Shown: positions 22,113-32,388 of the stretch, piece by piece | How the letters are laid out: every line of letters begins with the position of its first letter | How positions within the stretch are numbered: the first letter of the stretch is position 1 | Source of the DNA: Hydrurus foetidus | Lineage: Eukaryota | DNA length: 39,279 bases | Direction: 5' to 3' | Assembly: GCA_900617105.1 (NCBI GenBank) | Contig: UYFQ01000568.1 | Location: forward strand, 1-39,279 | Translations under genes and position numbers: made by a program | The notes under the pieces: model-generated | What the model saw: only the letters and a program-made list of their open reading frames with translations | Told to the model about the DNA's origin: nothing | Databases searched by the model: none

Positions 22113-23170
22113 GTTGAATATTGACTATGTGGGTCCTTTTCCCGATAAGGGTATATTCTCGTCATAATTGACACCTTCTCCAGATGGACAGAAATGTTCT
22201 GGTGTAAGGACGCTACTGCTGAATCTGCAGCGGAGAGTTTATTAACACATTTTGGTCGATTCGGTTCGCCAAACATGATAAGATCGGATCGTGGATCCCA
22301 TTTCGCTAACGATCTCACAAAAGAGTTCTTGGATCTTACGGGTGCGCCCCATGACCTCACTCTAGCTTCCTCCTCTCAGGAGAATGCAATTGTTGAACGA
22401 GTCAATAAAGAGATTAATAGACATTTAAAAGGACTGGTATTCGATACACCGTCTCTTGTCCATTATGCAAAATGCATTCCGTTCGTACAACGAATTATTA
22501 ATAGTTCAGTTAATAAACGTACGGGTGCAAGTCCAGCATCTATCCTATTCGCGGATAAACTTGATTTGAATCGAGGGATTTTAACGCCTCATTTGTTACC
22601 AATGATATCATCTTCAAACTCAACATATATAGCTGATTTAATCGAAATACAGGACAAAGTCCTCGATGCAGCAATCGACTCACTTCAAAAATGTGATGGA
22701 AAACACAAAAAGTCAACATCCGGTTTGACAGTGTTCCCTATAGGGTCGTATGTCTTGGTAAAACAAGAACACCCTCCAACTCGATTACACACTAAATGGA
22801 AAGGTCCTTTCCGTGTGGTATCCTTTGAAGGATCTAAGTATGTTCTCGCGAACTTAATTACACATAAACACAATAGTGTACATGTAACGAATCTTAAAAT
22901 ATTCAATTATGACCCTTCGATGGGCTTACCTGCTGATACAGCACGTCGCGATTACATGGAGTATTTCGTTGAGAAAGTTCTTAATCACTCGGGTGATAAA
23001 AAGAAACCGACTACGATGTCGTTCCATGTAAAATGGCTCAACTATGATGACTCACATAATACATGGGAGCCCTGAAGAATCTCCGGCTCTGTGATTCACT
23101 CCATGTATACTTGCGGTATAATAACATGTCGCGTTTTGTTCCCAGGAATATTGAGGATCAACACCGAGGT
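22113..23170 (+). pseudogene. Integrase-chromodomain, unit 2, frameshifted
   Basis: Same sequence with 1-nt homopolymer deletions near 22150, 23073 and 23155. ORF 22194..23075. Confidence 0.88.
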
Positions 23171-23889
23171 TTGAGCTCAAACGCAATATCTTTTGAAGAT
23201 TTTTGGCTAATTTTACCCTCAAGAGGGATTTTATGGTTTTTAGTCAGTAAAAATCTGACATAATTACGTTTGACCCTCGTACAACAGAACGATTCTGTTT
23301 TGTACATACTCCCTTATTCTTATCTTTCTCACGATTTCAGAAACCCCTTCGAAATTTCAGAAACCCCTTATACTTGCATTTTTTAAATTATTGTACATAT
23401 TTTGATTTTCGTTTTCCGTTATCATTTATGTTATTAGTTAAATATTGGTATCTAGAAACGGGGGTTTCGCCATAGTTTAGTGTAGTTTAGATTTTCTTTG
23501 AGAAAGAAGGATAAGTAGTATTAGTGTGGTAGTTCCGGGTCCAAGGTCCCGATCCTACCGGATGGTACTACGGTACACTACCCACCGTACACTACAGTCT
23601 GTTGTATCGTCGTAGCCACTTACAGCCTCCACGTAGAAGTTAACCCTAGCTTCTAGCACCATAGCTGTAACTAACTACTACCTCCAGTCTTCCGTCTCTA
23701 ACTACTACCTCCAACGGTGTCGACCGTGCCCTCACTCGACTGTACAGTCTTAACCAAGTGTGGAAAAATATGAAACAGCACGTACGTTCATACATACGTA
23801 ACTGCCCTTGTTGTCAAAAACTAAGTGCGGTTGATGCGAAAATCAATGCAGCTCATTTTTGAACTTCCACTCACGCAATTTTCGATACG

Positions 23890-24954
23890 TTGAATATTGA
23901 CTATGTGGGTCCTTTCCCCGATAAGGGGTATATTCTCGTCATAATTGACACCTTCTCCAGATGGACAGAAATGTTCTGGTGTAAGGACGCTACTGCCGAA
24001 TCTGCAGCGGAGAGTTTATTGACACATTTTGGTCGATTCGGTTCGTCAAACATGATAAGATCGGATCGTGGATCCCATTTCGCTAACGATCTCACAAAAG
24101 AGTTCTTGGATCTTACGGGTGCGCCCCATGACCTCACTCTAGCTTCCTCCTCTCAGGAGAATGCAATTGTTGAACGAGTCAATAAAGAGATTAATAGACA
24201 TTTAAAAGGACTGGTATTCGATACACCGTCTCTTGTCCATTATGCAAAATGCATTCCGTTCGTACAACGAATTATTAATAGTTCAGTTAATAAACGTACG
24301 GGTGCAAGTCCAGCATCTATCCTATTCGCGGATAAACTTGATTTGAATCGAGGGATTTTAACGCCTCATTTGTTACCAATGATATCATCTTCAAATTCAA
24401 CATATATAGCTGATTTAATCGAAATACAGGACAAAGTCCTCGATGCAGCAATCGACTCACTTCAAAAATGTGATGAAAAACACAAAAAGTCGACATCCGG
24501 TTTGACAGTGTTCCCTATAGGGTCGTATGTCTTGGTAAAACAAGAACACCCTCCAACTCGATTACACACTAAATGGAAAGGTCCTTTCCGTGTTGTATCC
24601 TTTGAAGGATCTAAGTATGTTCTCGCGAACTTAATTACACATAAACACAATAGTGTACATGTAACGAATCTTAAAATATTCAATTATGACCCTTCGATGG
24701 GCTTACCTGCTGATACAGCACGTCGCGATTACATGGAGTATTTCGTTGAGAAAGTTCTTAATCACTCGGGTGATAAAAAGAAACCGACTATGATGTCGTT
24801 CCATGTAAAATGGCTCAACTATGATGACTCACATAATACATGGGAGCCCTGGAAGAATCTCCGGCTCTGTGATGCACTCCATGTATACTTGAGGAACAAT
24901 AACATGTCGCGTTTTGTTCCCAGGAATATTGAGGGATCAACCACCGAGGTTTGA
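23890..24954 (+). CDS. Integrase core + chromodomain, unit 3
   Basis: Same motifs as unit 1, 354 aa. Confidence 0.92.
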   Translation: MNIDYVGPFPDKGYILVIIDTFSRWTEMFWCKDATAESAAESLLTHFGRFGSSNMIRSDRGSHFANDLTKEFLDLTGAPHDLTLASSSQENAIVERVNKEINRHLKGLVFDTPSLVHYAKCIPFVQRIINSSVNKRTGASPASILFADKLDLNRGILTPHLLPMISSSNSTYIADLIEIQDKVLDAAIDSLQKCDEKHKKSTSGLTVFPIGSYVLVKQEHPPTRLHTKWKGPFRVVSFEGSKYVLANLITHKHNSVHVTNLKIFNYDPSMGLPADTARRDYMEYFVEKVLNHSGDKKKPTMMSFHVKWLNYDDSHNTWEPWKNLRLCDALHVYLRNNNMSRFVPRNIEGSTTEV

Positions 24955-25545
24955 GCTCAAACGCAATATCTTTTGAAGAGTTTTTTGGCCTAATTTTTGC
25001 CCTCACGAGGGATTTTTATGGTTTTTTAGTCAGTAAAAATCTGACATAATTACGTTTGACCCTCGTACAACAGAACGATTCTGTTTTGTACATACTCCCT
25101 TATTCTTATCTTTCTCACGATTTCAGAAACCCCTTCGAAATTTCAGAAACCCCTTATACTTGCATTTTTTTAAATTATTGTACATATTTTTGATTTTCGT
25201 TTTCCGTTATCATTTATGTTATTAGTTAAATATTGGTATCTAGAAACGGGGGTTTCGCCATAGTTTAGTGTAGTTTAGATTTTCTTTGAGAAAGAAGGAT
25301 AAGTAGTAGTAGTGGGGTAGTTCCGGGTCCAAGGTCCCGATCCTACCGGATGGTACTACGGTACACTACCCACCGTACACTACAGTCTGTTGTATCGTCG
25401 TAGCCACTTACAGCCTCCACGTAGAAGTTAACCCTAGCTTCTAGCACCATAGCTGTAACTAACTACTACCTCCAGTCTTCCGTCTCTAACTACTACCTCC
25501 AACGGTGTCGACCGTGCCCTCACTCGACTGTACAGTCTTAACCAA

Positions 25546-26742
25546 GTGTGGAAAAATATGAAACAGCACGTACGTTCATACATACGTAACTGCCCTTGTT
25601 GTCAAAAACTAAGTGCGGTTGATGCGAAAATCAATGCAGCTCATTTTTCAACTTCCACTCACGCAATTTTCGATACGTTGAATATTGACTATGTGGGTCC
25701 TTTCCCCGATAAGGGGTATATTCTCGTCATAATTGACACCTTCTCCAGATGGACAGAAATGTTCTGGTGTAAGGACGCTACTGCCGAATCTGCAGCGGAG
25801 AGTTTATTAACACATTTTGGTCGATTCGGTTCGCCAAACATGATAAGATCGGATCGTGGATCCCATTTCGCTAACGATCTCATAAAAGAGTTCTTGGATC
25901 TTACGGGTACGCCCCATAACCTCACTCTAGCTTACTCCTCTCAGGAGAATGCAATTGTTGAACGAGTCAATAAAGAGATAAATAGACATTTAAAAGGACT
26001 GGTGTTCGATACACCGTCTCTTGTCCATTATGCAAAATGCATTCCGTTCGTACAACGAATTATTAATAGTTCAGTTAATAAACGTACGGGTGCAAGTCCA
26101 GCATCTATCCTATTCGCGGATAAACTTGATTTGAATCGAGGGATTTTAACGCCTCATTTGTTACCAATGATATCATCTTCAAATTCAACATACATAGCTG
26201 ATTTAATCGAAATACAGGACAAAGTCCTCGATGCAGCAATCGACTCACTTCAAAAATGTGATGAAAAACACAAAAAGTCAACATCCGGTTTGACAGTGTT
26301 CCCTATAGGGTCGTATGTCTTGGTAAAACAAGAACACCCTCCAACTCGATTACACACTAAATGGAAAGGTCCTTTCCGTGTGGTATCCTTTGAAGGATCT
26401 AAGTATGTTCTCGCGAACTTAATTACACATAAACACAATAGTGTACATGTAACGAATCTTAAAATATTCAATTATGACCCTTCGTTGGGCTTACTTGCTG
26501 ATACAGCACGTCGCGATTACATGGAGTATTTCGTTGAGAAAGTTCTTAATCACTCGGGTGATAAAAAGAAACCGACTATGATGTCGTTCCATGTAAAATG
26601 GCTCAACTATGATGACTCACATAATACATGGGAGCCCTGGAAGAATCTCCGGCTCTGTGATGCACTCCATGTATACTTGAGGAACAATAACATGTCGCGT
26701 TTTGTTCCCAGGAATATTGAGGGATCAACCACCGAGGTTTGA
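25546..26742 (+). CDS. Integrase (C-terminal half of HHCC finger + DD35E) + chromodomain, unit 4, most intact
   Basis: TCA instead of the TGA seen in the other units, so WKNMKQHVRSYIRNCPCCQ is in frame (ATG at 25558). Keeps AYSSQEN. Confidence 0.93.
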   Translation: MWKNMKQHVRSYIRNCPCCQKLSAVDAKINAAHFSTSTHAIFDTLNIDYVGPFPDKGYILVIIDTFSRWTEMFWCKDATAESAAESLLTHFGRFGSPNMIRSDRGSHFANDLIKEFLDLTGTPHNLTLAYSSQENAIVERVNKEINRHLKGLVFDTPSLVHYAKCIPFVQRIINSSVNKRTGASPASILFADKLDLNRGILTPHLLPMISSSNSTYIADLIEIQDKVLDAAIDSLQKCDEKHKKSTSGLTVFPIGSYVLVKQEHPPTRLHTKWKGPFRVVSFEGSKYVLANLITHKHNSVHVTNLKIFNYDPSLGLLADTARRDYMEYFVEKVLNHSGDKKKPTMMSFHVKWLNYDDSHNTWEPWKNLRLCDALHVYLRNNNMSRFVPRNIEGSTTEV

Positions 26743-27458
26743 GCTCAAACGCAATATCTTTTGAAGAGTTTTTTGGCCTAATTTTTGCCCTCACGAGGGA
26801 TTTTTATGGTTTTTTAGTCAGTAAAAATCTGACATAATTACGTTTGACCCTCGTACAACAGAACGATTCTGTTTTGTACATACTCCCTTATTCTTATCTT
26901 TCTCACGATTTCAGAAACCCCTTCGAAATTTCAGAAAATATACTTGCATTTTTAAATTATTGTACATATTTTGATTTTCGTTTTCCGTTATCATTTATGT
27001 TATTAGTTAAATATTGGTATCTAGAAACGGGGGTTTCGCCATAGTTTAGTGTAGTTTAGATTTTCTTTGAGAAAGAAGGATAAGTAGGGGTAGTGTGGTA
27101 GTTCCGGGTCCAAGGTCCCGATCCTACCGGATAGTACTACGGTACACTACCCACCGTACACTACAGTCTGTTGTATCGTCGTAGCCACTTACAGCCTCCA
27201 CGTAGAAGTTAACCCTAGCTTCTAGCACCATAGCTGTAACTAACTACTACCTCCAGTCTTCCGTCTCTAACTACTACCTCCAACGGTGTCGACCGTGCCC
27301 TCACTCGACTGTACAGTCTTAACCAAGTGTGGAAAAATATGAAACAGCACGTACGTTCATACATACGTAACTGCCCTTGTTGTCAAAAACTAAGTGCAGT
27401 TGATGCGAAAATCAATGCAACTCATATTTGAACTTTAACTCACGCAATTTTCGATACG

Positions 27459-28523
27459 TTGAATATTGACTATGTGGGTCCTTTTCCCGATAAGGGGTAT
27501 ATTCTCGTCATAATTGACACCTTCTCCAGGTGGACAGAAATGTTCTGGTGTAAGGACACTACGGCAGAATCTGCAGCGGAGAGTTTATTAACTCATTTTG
27601 GTCGATTCGGTTCGTCAAACATGATAAGATCGGATCGTGGATCCCATTTCGCTAACGATCTCATAAAAGAGTTCTTGGATCTTACGGGTACGCCCCATAA
27701 CCTCACTCTAGCTTCCTCCTCTCAGGAGAATGCAATTGTTGAACGAGTCAATAAAGAGATTAATAGACATTTAAAAGGACTGGTATTCGATACACCGTCT
27801 CTTGTCCATTATGCAAAATGCATTCCGTTCGTACAACGAATTATTAATAGTTCAGTTAATAAACGTACGGGTGCAAGTCCAGCATCTATCCTATTCGCGG
27901 ATAAACTTGATTTGAATCGAGGGATTTTAACGCCTCATTTGTTACCAATGATATCATCTTCAAACTCAACATATATAGCTGATTTAATCGAAATACAGGA
28001 CAAAGTCCTCGATGCAGCAATCGACTCACTTCAAAAATGTGATGAAAAACACAAAAAGTCAACATCCGGTTTGACAGTGTTCCCTATAGGGTCGTATGTC
28101 TTGGTAAAACAAGAACACCCTCCAACTCGATTACACACTAAATGGAAAGGTCCTTTCCGTGTTGTATCCTTTGAAGGATCCGAGTATGTTCTCGCGAACT
28201 TAATTACACATAAACACAATAGTGTACATGTAACGAATCTTAAAATATTCAATTATGACCCTTCGTTGGGCTTACTTGCTGATACAGCACGTCGCGATTA
28301 CATGGAGTATTTCGTTGAGAAAGTTCTTAATCACTCGGGTGATAAAAAGAAACCGACTACGATGTCGTTCCATGTAAAATGGCTCAACTATGATGACTCA
28401 CATAATACATGGGAGCCCTGGAAGAATCTCCGGCTCTGTGATGCACTCCATGTATACTTGAGGAACAATAACATGTCGCGTTTTGTTCCCAGGAATATTG
28501 AGGGATCAACCACCGAGGTTTGA
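27459..28523 (+). CDS. Integrase core + chromodomain, unit 5
   Basis: Same motifs as unit 1, 354 aa. Confidence 0.92.
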   Translation: MNIDYVGPFPDKGYILVIIDTFSRWTEMFWCKDTTAESAAESLLTHFGRFGSSNMIRSDRGSHFANDLIKEFLDLTGTPHNLTLASSSQENAIVERVNKEINRHLKGLVFDTPSLVHYAKCIPFVQRIINSSVNKRTGASPASILFADKLDLNRGILTPHLLPMISSSNSTYIADLIEIQDKVLDAAIDSLQKCDEKHKKSTSGLTVFPIGSYVLVKQEHPPTRLHTKWKGPFRVVSFEGSEYVLANLITHKHNSVHVTNLKIFNYDPSLGLLADTARRDYMEYFVEKVLNHSGDKKKPTTMSFHVKWLNYDDSHNTWEPWKNLRLCDALHVYLRNNNMSRFVPRNIEGSTTEV

Positions 28524-28877
28524 GCTCAAACGTAATATCTTTTGAAGATTTTTTGGCCTAATTTTTGCCCTCACGAGGGATTTTTATGGTTTTTTAGTCA
28601 GTAAAAATCTGACATAATTACGTTTGACCCTCGTACAACAGAACGATTCTGTTTTGTACATACTCCCTTATTCTTATCTTTCTCACGATTTCAGAAACCC
28701 CTTCGAAATTTCTTTTGTCTATACTTGCATTTTTTTAAATTATTGTACATATTTTTGATTTTCGTTTTCCGTTATCATTTATGTTATTAGTTAAATATTG
28801 GTATCTAGAAACGGGGGCTTCGCCATAGTTTAGTGTAGTTTAGATTTTCTTTGAGAAAGAAGGATAAGTAGTAGTAG

Positions 28878-29075
28878 TGGGGTAGTTCCGGGTCCAAGGT
28901 CCCGATCCTACCGGATGGTACTACGGTACACTACCCACCGTACACTACAGTCTGTTGTATCGTCGTAGCCACTTACAGCCTCCACGTAGAAGTTAACCCT
29001 AGCTTCTAGCACCATAGCTGTAACTAACTACTACCTCCAGTCTTTCGTCTCTTTCTTTGCCCATCCAGAGCCACA
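28878..29075 (+). repeat. Complete 3' LTR of Gypsy B (198 bp, TG...CCACA)
   Basis: Follows the PPT. Shares B-specific bases (ctttgcccatccagagccaca) with 14554-14746. Flanked by CTGC, the reverse complement of GCAG. Confidence 0.9.
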
Positions 29076-32000
29076 CTGCTCAAATTTTAACTTGCCCCAA
29101 CTGTATTCTATGCCACCTCCAGCTGTTTCCGGCGTGCATACTACCGACGGAAGTAGAATGTGGCCGCGGGATTCAACAAGATGCTGAAGGGCCGTTTTCT
29201 CGTAGAAGAAATCTGGGCACGCAGCGAGAACAGCATAGGCATCGAGGTGGGCCGGCAACAACTTGTCAGTCTGCAGGGTCATCTCGAGTTTGTCTCGCTT
29301 AGCCTGATCTTGTTTGCCGCGCATGCCTTCAAGATAGAGCCCGCGCTCGTATAGAATCTGAAATATTCCCTTTTTCTGACCTCCGAAACCTTTGACAACA
29401 TAGCATGGTAGACTCTCAATCTCTGCATCAATATTAACGCCATCACGCTGCGCGACTTTCAACCTATGTTCCCGTAATTTCTCAAACTTCTTCAGCGCTG
29501 ACAACTTCTCCTTCTCTGTCATCTCTCTGTCAGCTCTTGAGGCCGTCATTTCCCGAAATGGTCCAGGATGGCCGACTTCAAAGGTCATATGTTGCGTTGA
29601 CTCGATGGTAAGTCTCACTCCATTTATCAAAGGCGGATCTGGTCCAAGGCAAACTTCCTCTATCACGGTGTCCCTCTTCGCTGTTGCCTTTTCTCCCCAC
29701 TTCACATTCATTGTACTGACTGTCAAACCATCCGACTGTTCTTTTAGGTGTCCCCAGCAGGATCTGCATGTTGGGATGCAAAGTCTCGATGGCTTGCATG
29801 AAGTCGAGGCACTGGATTTGGAACTTCGCACCATCCCAGTAGCCTTGCTTTCCTTTGGCATTGCCGTACTGGAAGAAAATCAAACCAGGCGAGTCTCCAA
29901 CGTTGATTGGTGGAATGTCTGTTCCTACTCTTGATTCATTCACTCGACCAATCTCTTCTTCTGTCAAGGGTAATCCGAATCCTCTGAACTCATCCACGAC
30001 TGCACTAACCATAACTCCTTGTCCTTCAGTCTTTGGCCACAATTTGCTCCTCCTGTTTACGGACCAGTAGAATGCAGGCAGTGGATTCTGTTTGAAGACA
30101 GCCTCGTCCTGGCCGATGTGGTATAGTCGGCTTCTGCACCGACACAACGATGGATCATGCCGATGTAAGCACTTGAACATTGACCACCTTTCATCGCCAT
30201 CATCGAAGAAGTAGTCACCTGGATAGCCTTTGTTGATGAGACTTGATGTTCTAAACTGTGTATGACACTCCTCACCTAGAAAATCAACATGTATCTTCAC
30301 AACAGCATCCTCTTGGAACAGTGACTCATCCCAGTCAAAACCATTCAGCTGGATTGCGAACTTCCTGTTGTCGAGAGCAACCTGCGTCGCATGTGAGTGA
30401 GAGACATCGACCCACACAGGAGGGACAGGCGCACCTGAGAGGGGCCATACCTATAAATTAAGGTGCACTCTTTTAGACACGACTTTTGGTGATCATTACA
30501 GATACTCTCATTTACCTATCTCTAAAATCCTTCTTCGTTTCTTCTGCCTCGTGTAAGTCTGTATAGTATGATGTTGTTGCCTTCTCGTACTTGCAACTAC
30601 ACTGTAGCATCCATCTATAGACAATTCTATTATTGAGGGATAGTAATGACTGTGCATCGATTTTGCAAGACTCGCTCTTTAAGATACTAATCTCAACAAT
30701 TTGCTCCAAATTCCTCCTAGCAGCATCTACCGTGAGACTCGTCTCATTTTTCAAATAGAGCTCAAACTGTCGACGGAGACCATGCTCCTCCAAAAAGAAT
30801 CGCCGCTGGTAACACCCTCTCAAGTCTTCCTTGAACATTCCATGTTCTCTGAACTCTGCACACCACTTTGATATAGTAGCTGCTTTCACAATGTCGCCTG
30901 TTAAACTCGAGACTTTTGCTGTCATTACCACCATAGAGTTCTGTATTTTGAATTCTTTTATCCTATCCGAATGCTCTTCGACTTTTTGTTTCGCCAAACT
31001 GAGATTTGATCGAACTGACTCGACCTCAGAGAGTATGCTGTCGAGGAGCTTTGTTTCTTCTCCAATCTTCTCTCTGATTAGCGCATAGACTTTCTCGACA
31101 ACTGTGCACTGTAGTGTACACTTAATCAATTGAGCTTTTGTGATATTTGTCATAGTAAAGGTATCATCGCTTGTTAAGTCTATGATATCTTTGTCCTTTC
31201 TCTCATCCTTAAACTTTGCCTTGAGTAGCAAACTGAAAGGCTCACCAGAGTAGATAGCTTTTCTCAAAATAAGAAGCGACTTGCTGTTATCCGAAGAAAA
31301 CTTTCTTAAAACCAGGAGGCGCTCCTAAAAGTAGTCGATCGAGCAAGTGATAGACTCAAAAAGAATAGATTTCTCAGCGGAAAGAATTCCTCTGAGTATG
31401 ATTGCATGTAGAAGTAGTCTATCCATCGCGGCGCTATCCTTGGAAGCTTTCCTATCCCACTCAGTTCTAGAACACGCTTCCATGTTTACAGATTGCATGA
31501 GCTTCCGATACCTCGAGTACTCTCTGTTCTGCTTGCGGAGCAATCGTTTGCCTACGATTCCCCGAACAGAGGAAATCGAGGCTCGATAACGTTTTGCCTC
31601 TCCAGCATTCTTGCAGTTCCACTGCGAGTGAAATTCCTGCTTGAATGTTACTGAGCTCTTCCCATCATCAAAATGAGCTCGAAGTCTTTTGACATCGTTC
31701 TGTGCTGCATTCTCTGTTGGGTACTTGCGGTACTCCTTCAGTGAGATCTTACCTCGCTTGTCGTAGCTTGTCCTCACGTGAATTCTATACTTCTTCCCGT
31801 CTGGGACAACCTTGAAAACCCTAGATGCCATACAGCCCAAGTTGATATGAAGAGTGATTTTAAAATTCACTTCCGAAAGCCTTCACGTTGAGCTGCTTTG
31901 AAGTAGAGTTATCGATGGATTCAGATGACCCTCTACCACATGCTCTCAATGCATTTTGATGAATCACATTTCTCTAGTCGTGGCAAGGGCAAACGTGAAG

Positions 32001-32148
32001 CATCTGGTGCTTAGACATCCATTTATTTTCGAAATTTTTGAAATTTCAAAAAAGCATTAAGACAGCAGAGCTATGCGGTCATTTCAATATATGGTAGCCG
32101 TACAGCGAAAAAATAACTTTTTTGGGGTGTCTTGGTGTCACCAGCCTG
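29076..32148 (-). mobile_element. 5' part of the IS630-Tc1-mariner-type transposon: TIR 32133-32148 and a long disrupted, spliced transposase
   Basis: TIR tggtgtcaccagcctg|TA. ORFs 31325..31870 and 30512..31267 share a frame across one TAG. Intron 30515-30451. Motifs YYTDLHE, HIGQDEAVF (D1), KTEGQGVMVSA, GYWD, GHLKE..DGL...MNVKWG, KKGIFQILYERG, GHILLPSVVCTPETAGGGIEYSWG (third acidic residue). The second Asp appears lost in a frameshifting deletion near 29753. Confidence 0.85.
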
Positions 32149-32388
32149 TAGTTAGAAGAAGGAGTGAAGGGGGATGAGCGGGAAGAGCGCTATTATGGCT
32201 CGGATGGGAAAGGAAGAGACGGAAGACTGGAGGTAGTAGTTAGTTACAGCAGGTAGCTAGAAGCTAGGGTTAACTTCTACGTGGAGGCTGTAAATGGCTA
32301 CGACGATACAACAGACTGCAGTGTACGGTGGGTAGTGTACCGTAGTACTATCCGGTAGGATCGGGACCTTGGACCCGGAACTGCCACA
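32149..32388 (-). repeat. Gypsy copy A 5' LTR (32194-32388) plus 45 bp of leader up to the TA insertion site
   Basis: Homologous to the other LTRs. Leader ...ttctaacTA continues at 15314 TAtgtactcggccaaatc, aligning with the uninterrupted leaders of B and C. Confidence 0.88.

Larger units (their letters stand above)
19201..29075 (+). repeat. Tandem array of Gypsy integrase-chromodomain/PPT/truncated-LTR units (5 full units of ~1.78 kb plus partial ends)
   Basis: LTR starts at 19961, 21749, 23525, 25313, 27094 and 28878 (periods 1788, 1776, 1788, 1781, 1784). The LTR-to-integrase junction is identical in the five units. PPT gagaaagaaggataag precedes each LTR. Confidence 0.97.

Noticed and set aside
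32147..32388. A 242-bp solo LTR with TGTGG...CTACA ends
   Set aside because: There is no TSD. The apparent CA end belongs to the Tc1-like TIR next to its TA site, and TSD-bounded copy B defines the LTR as ~195-198 bp.
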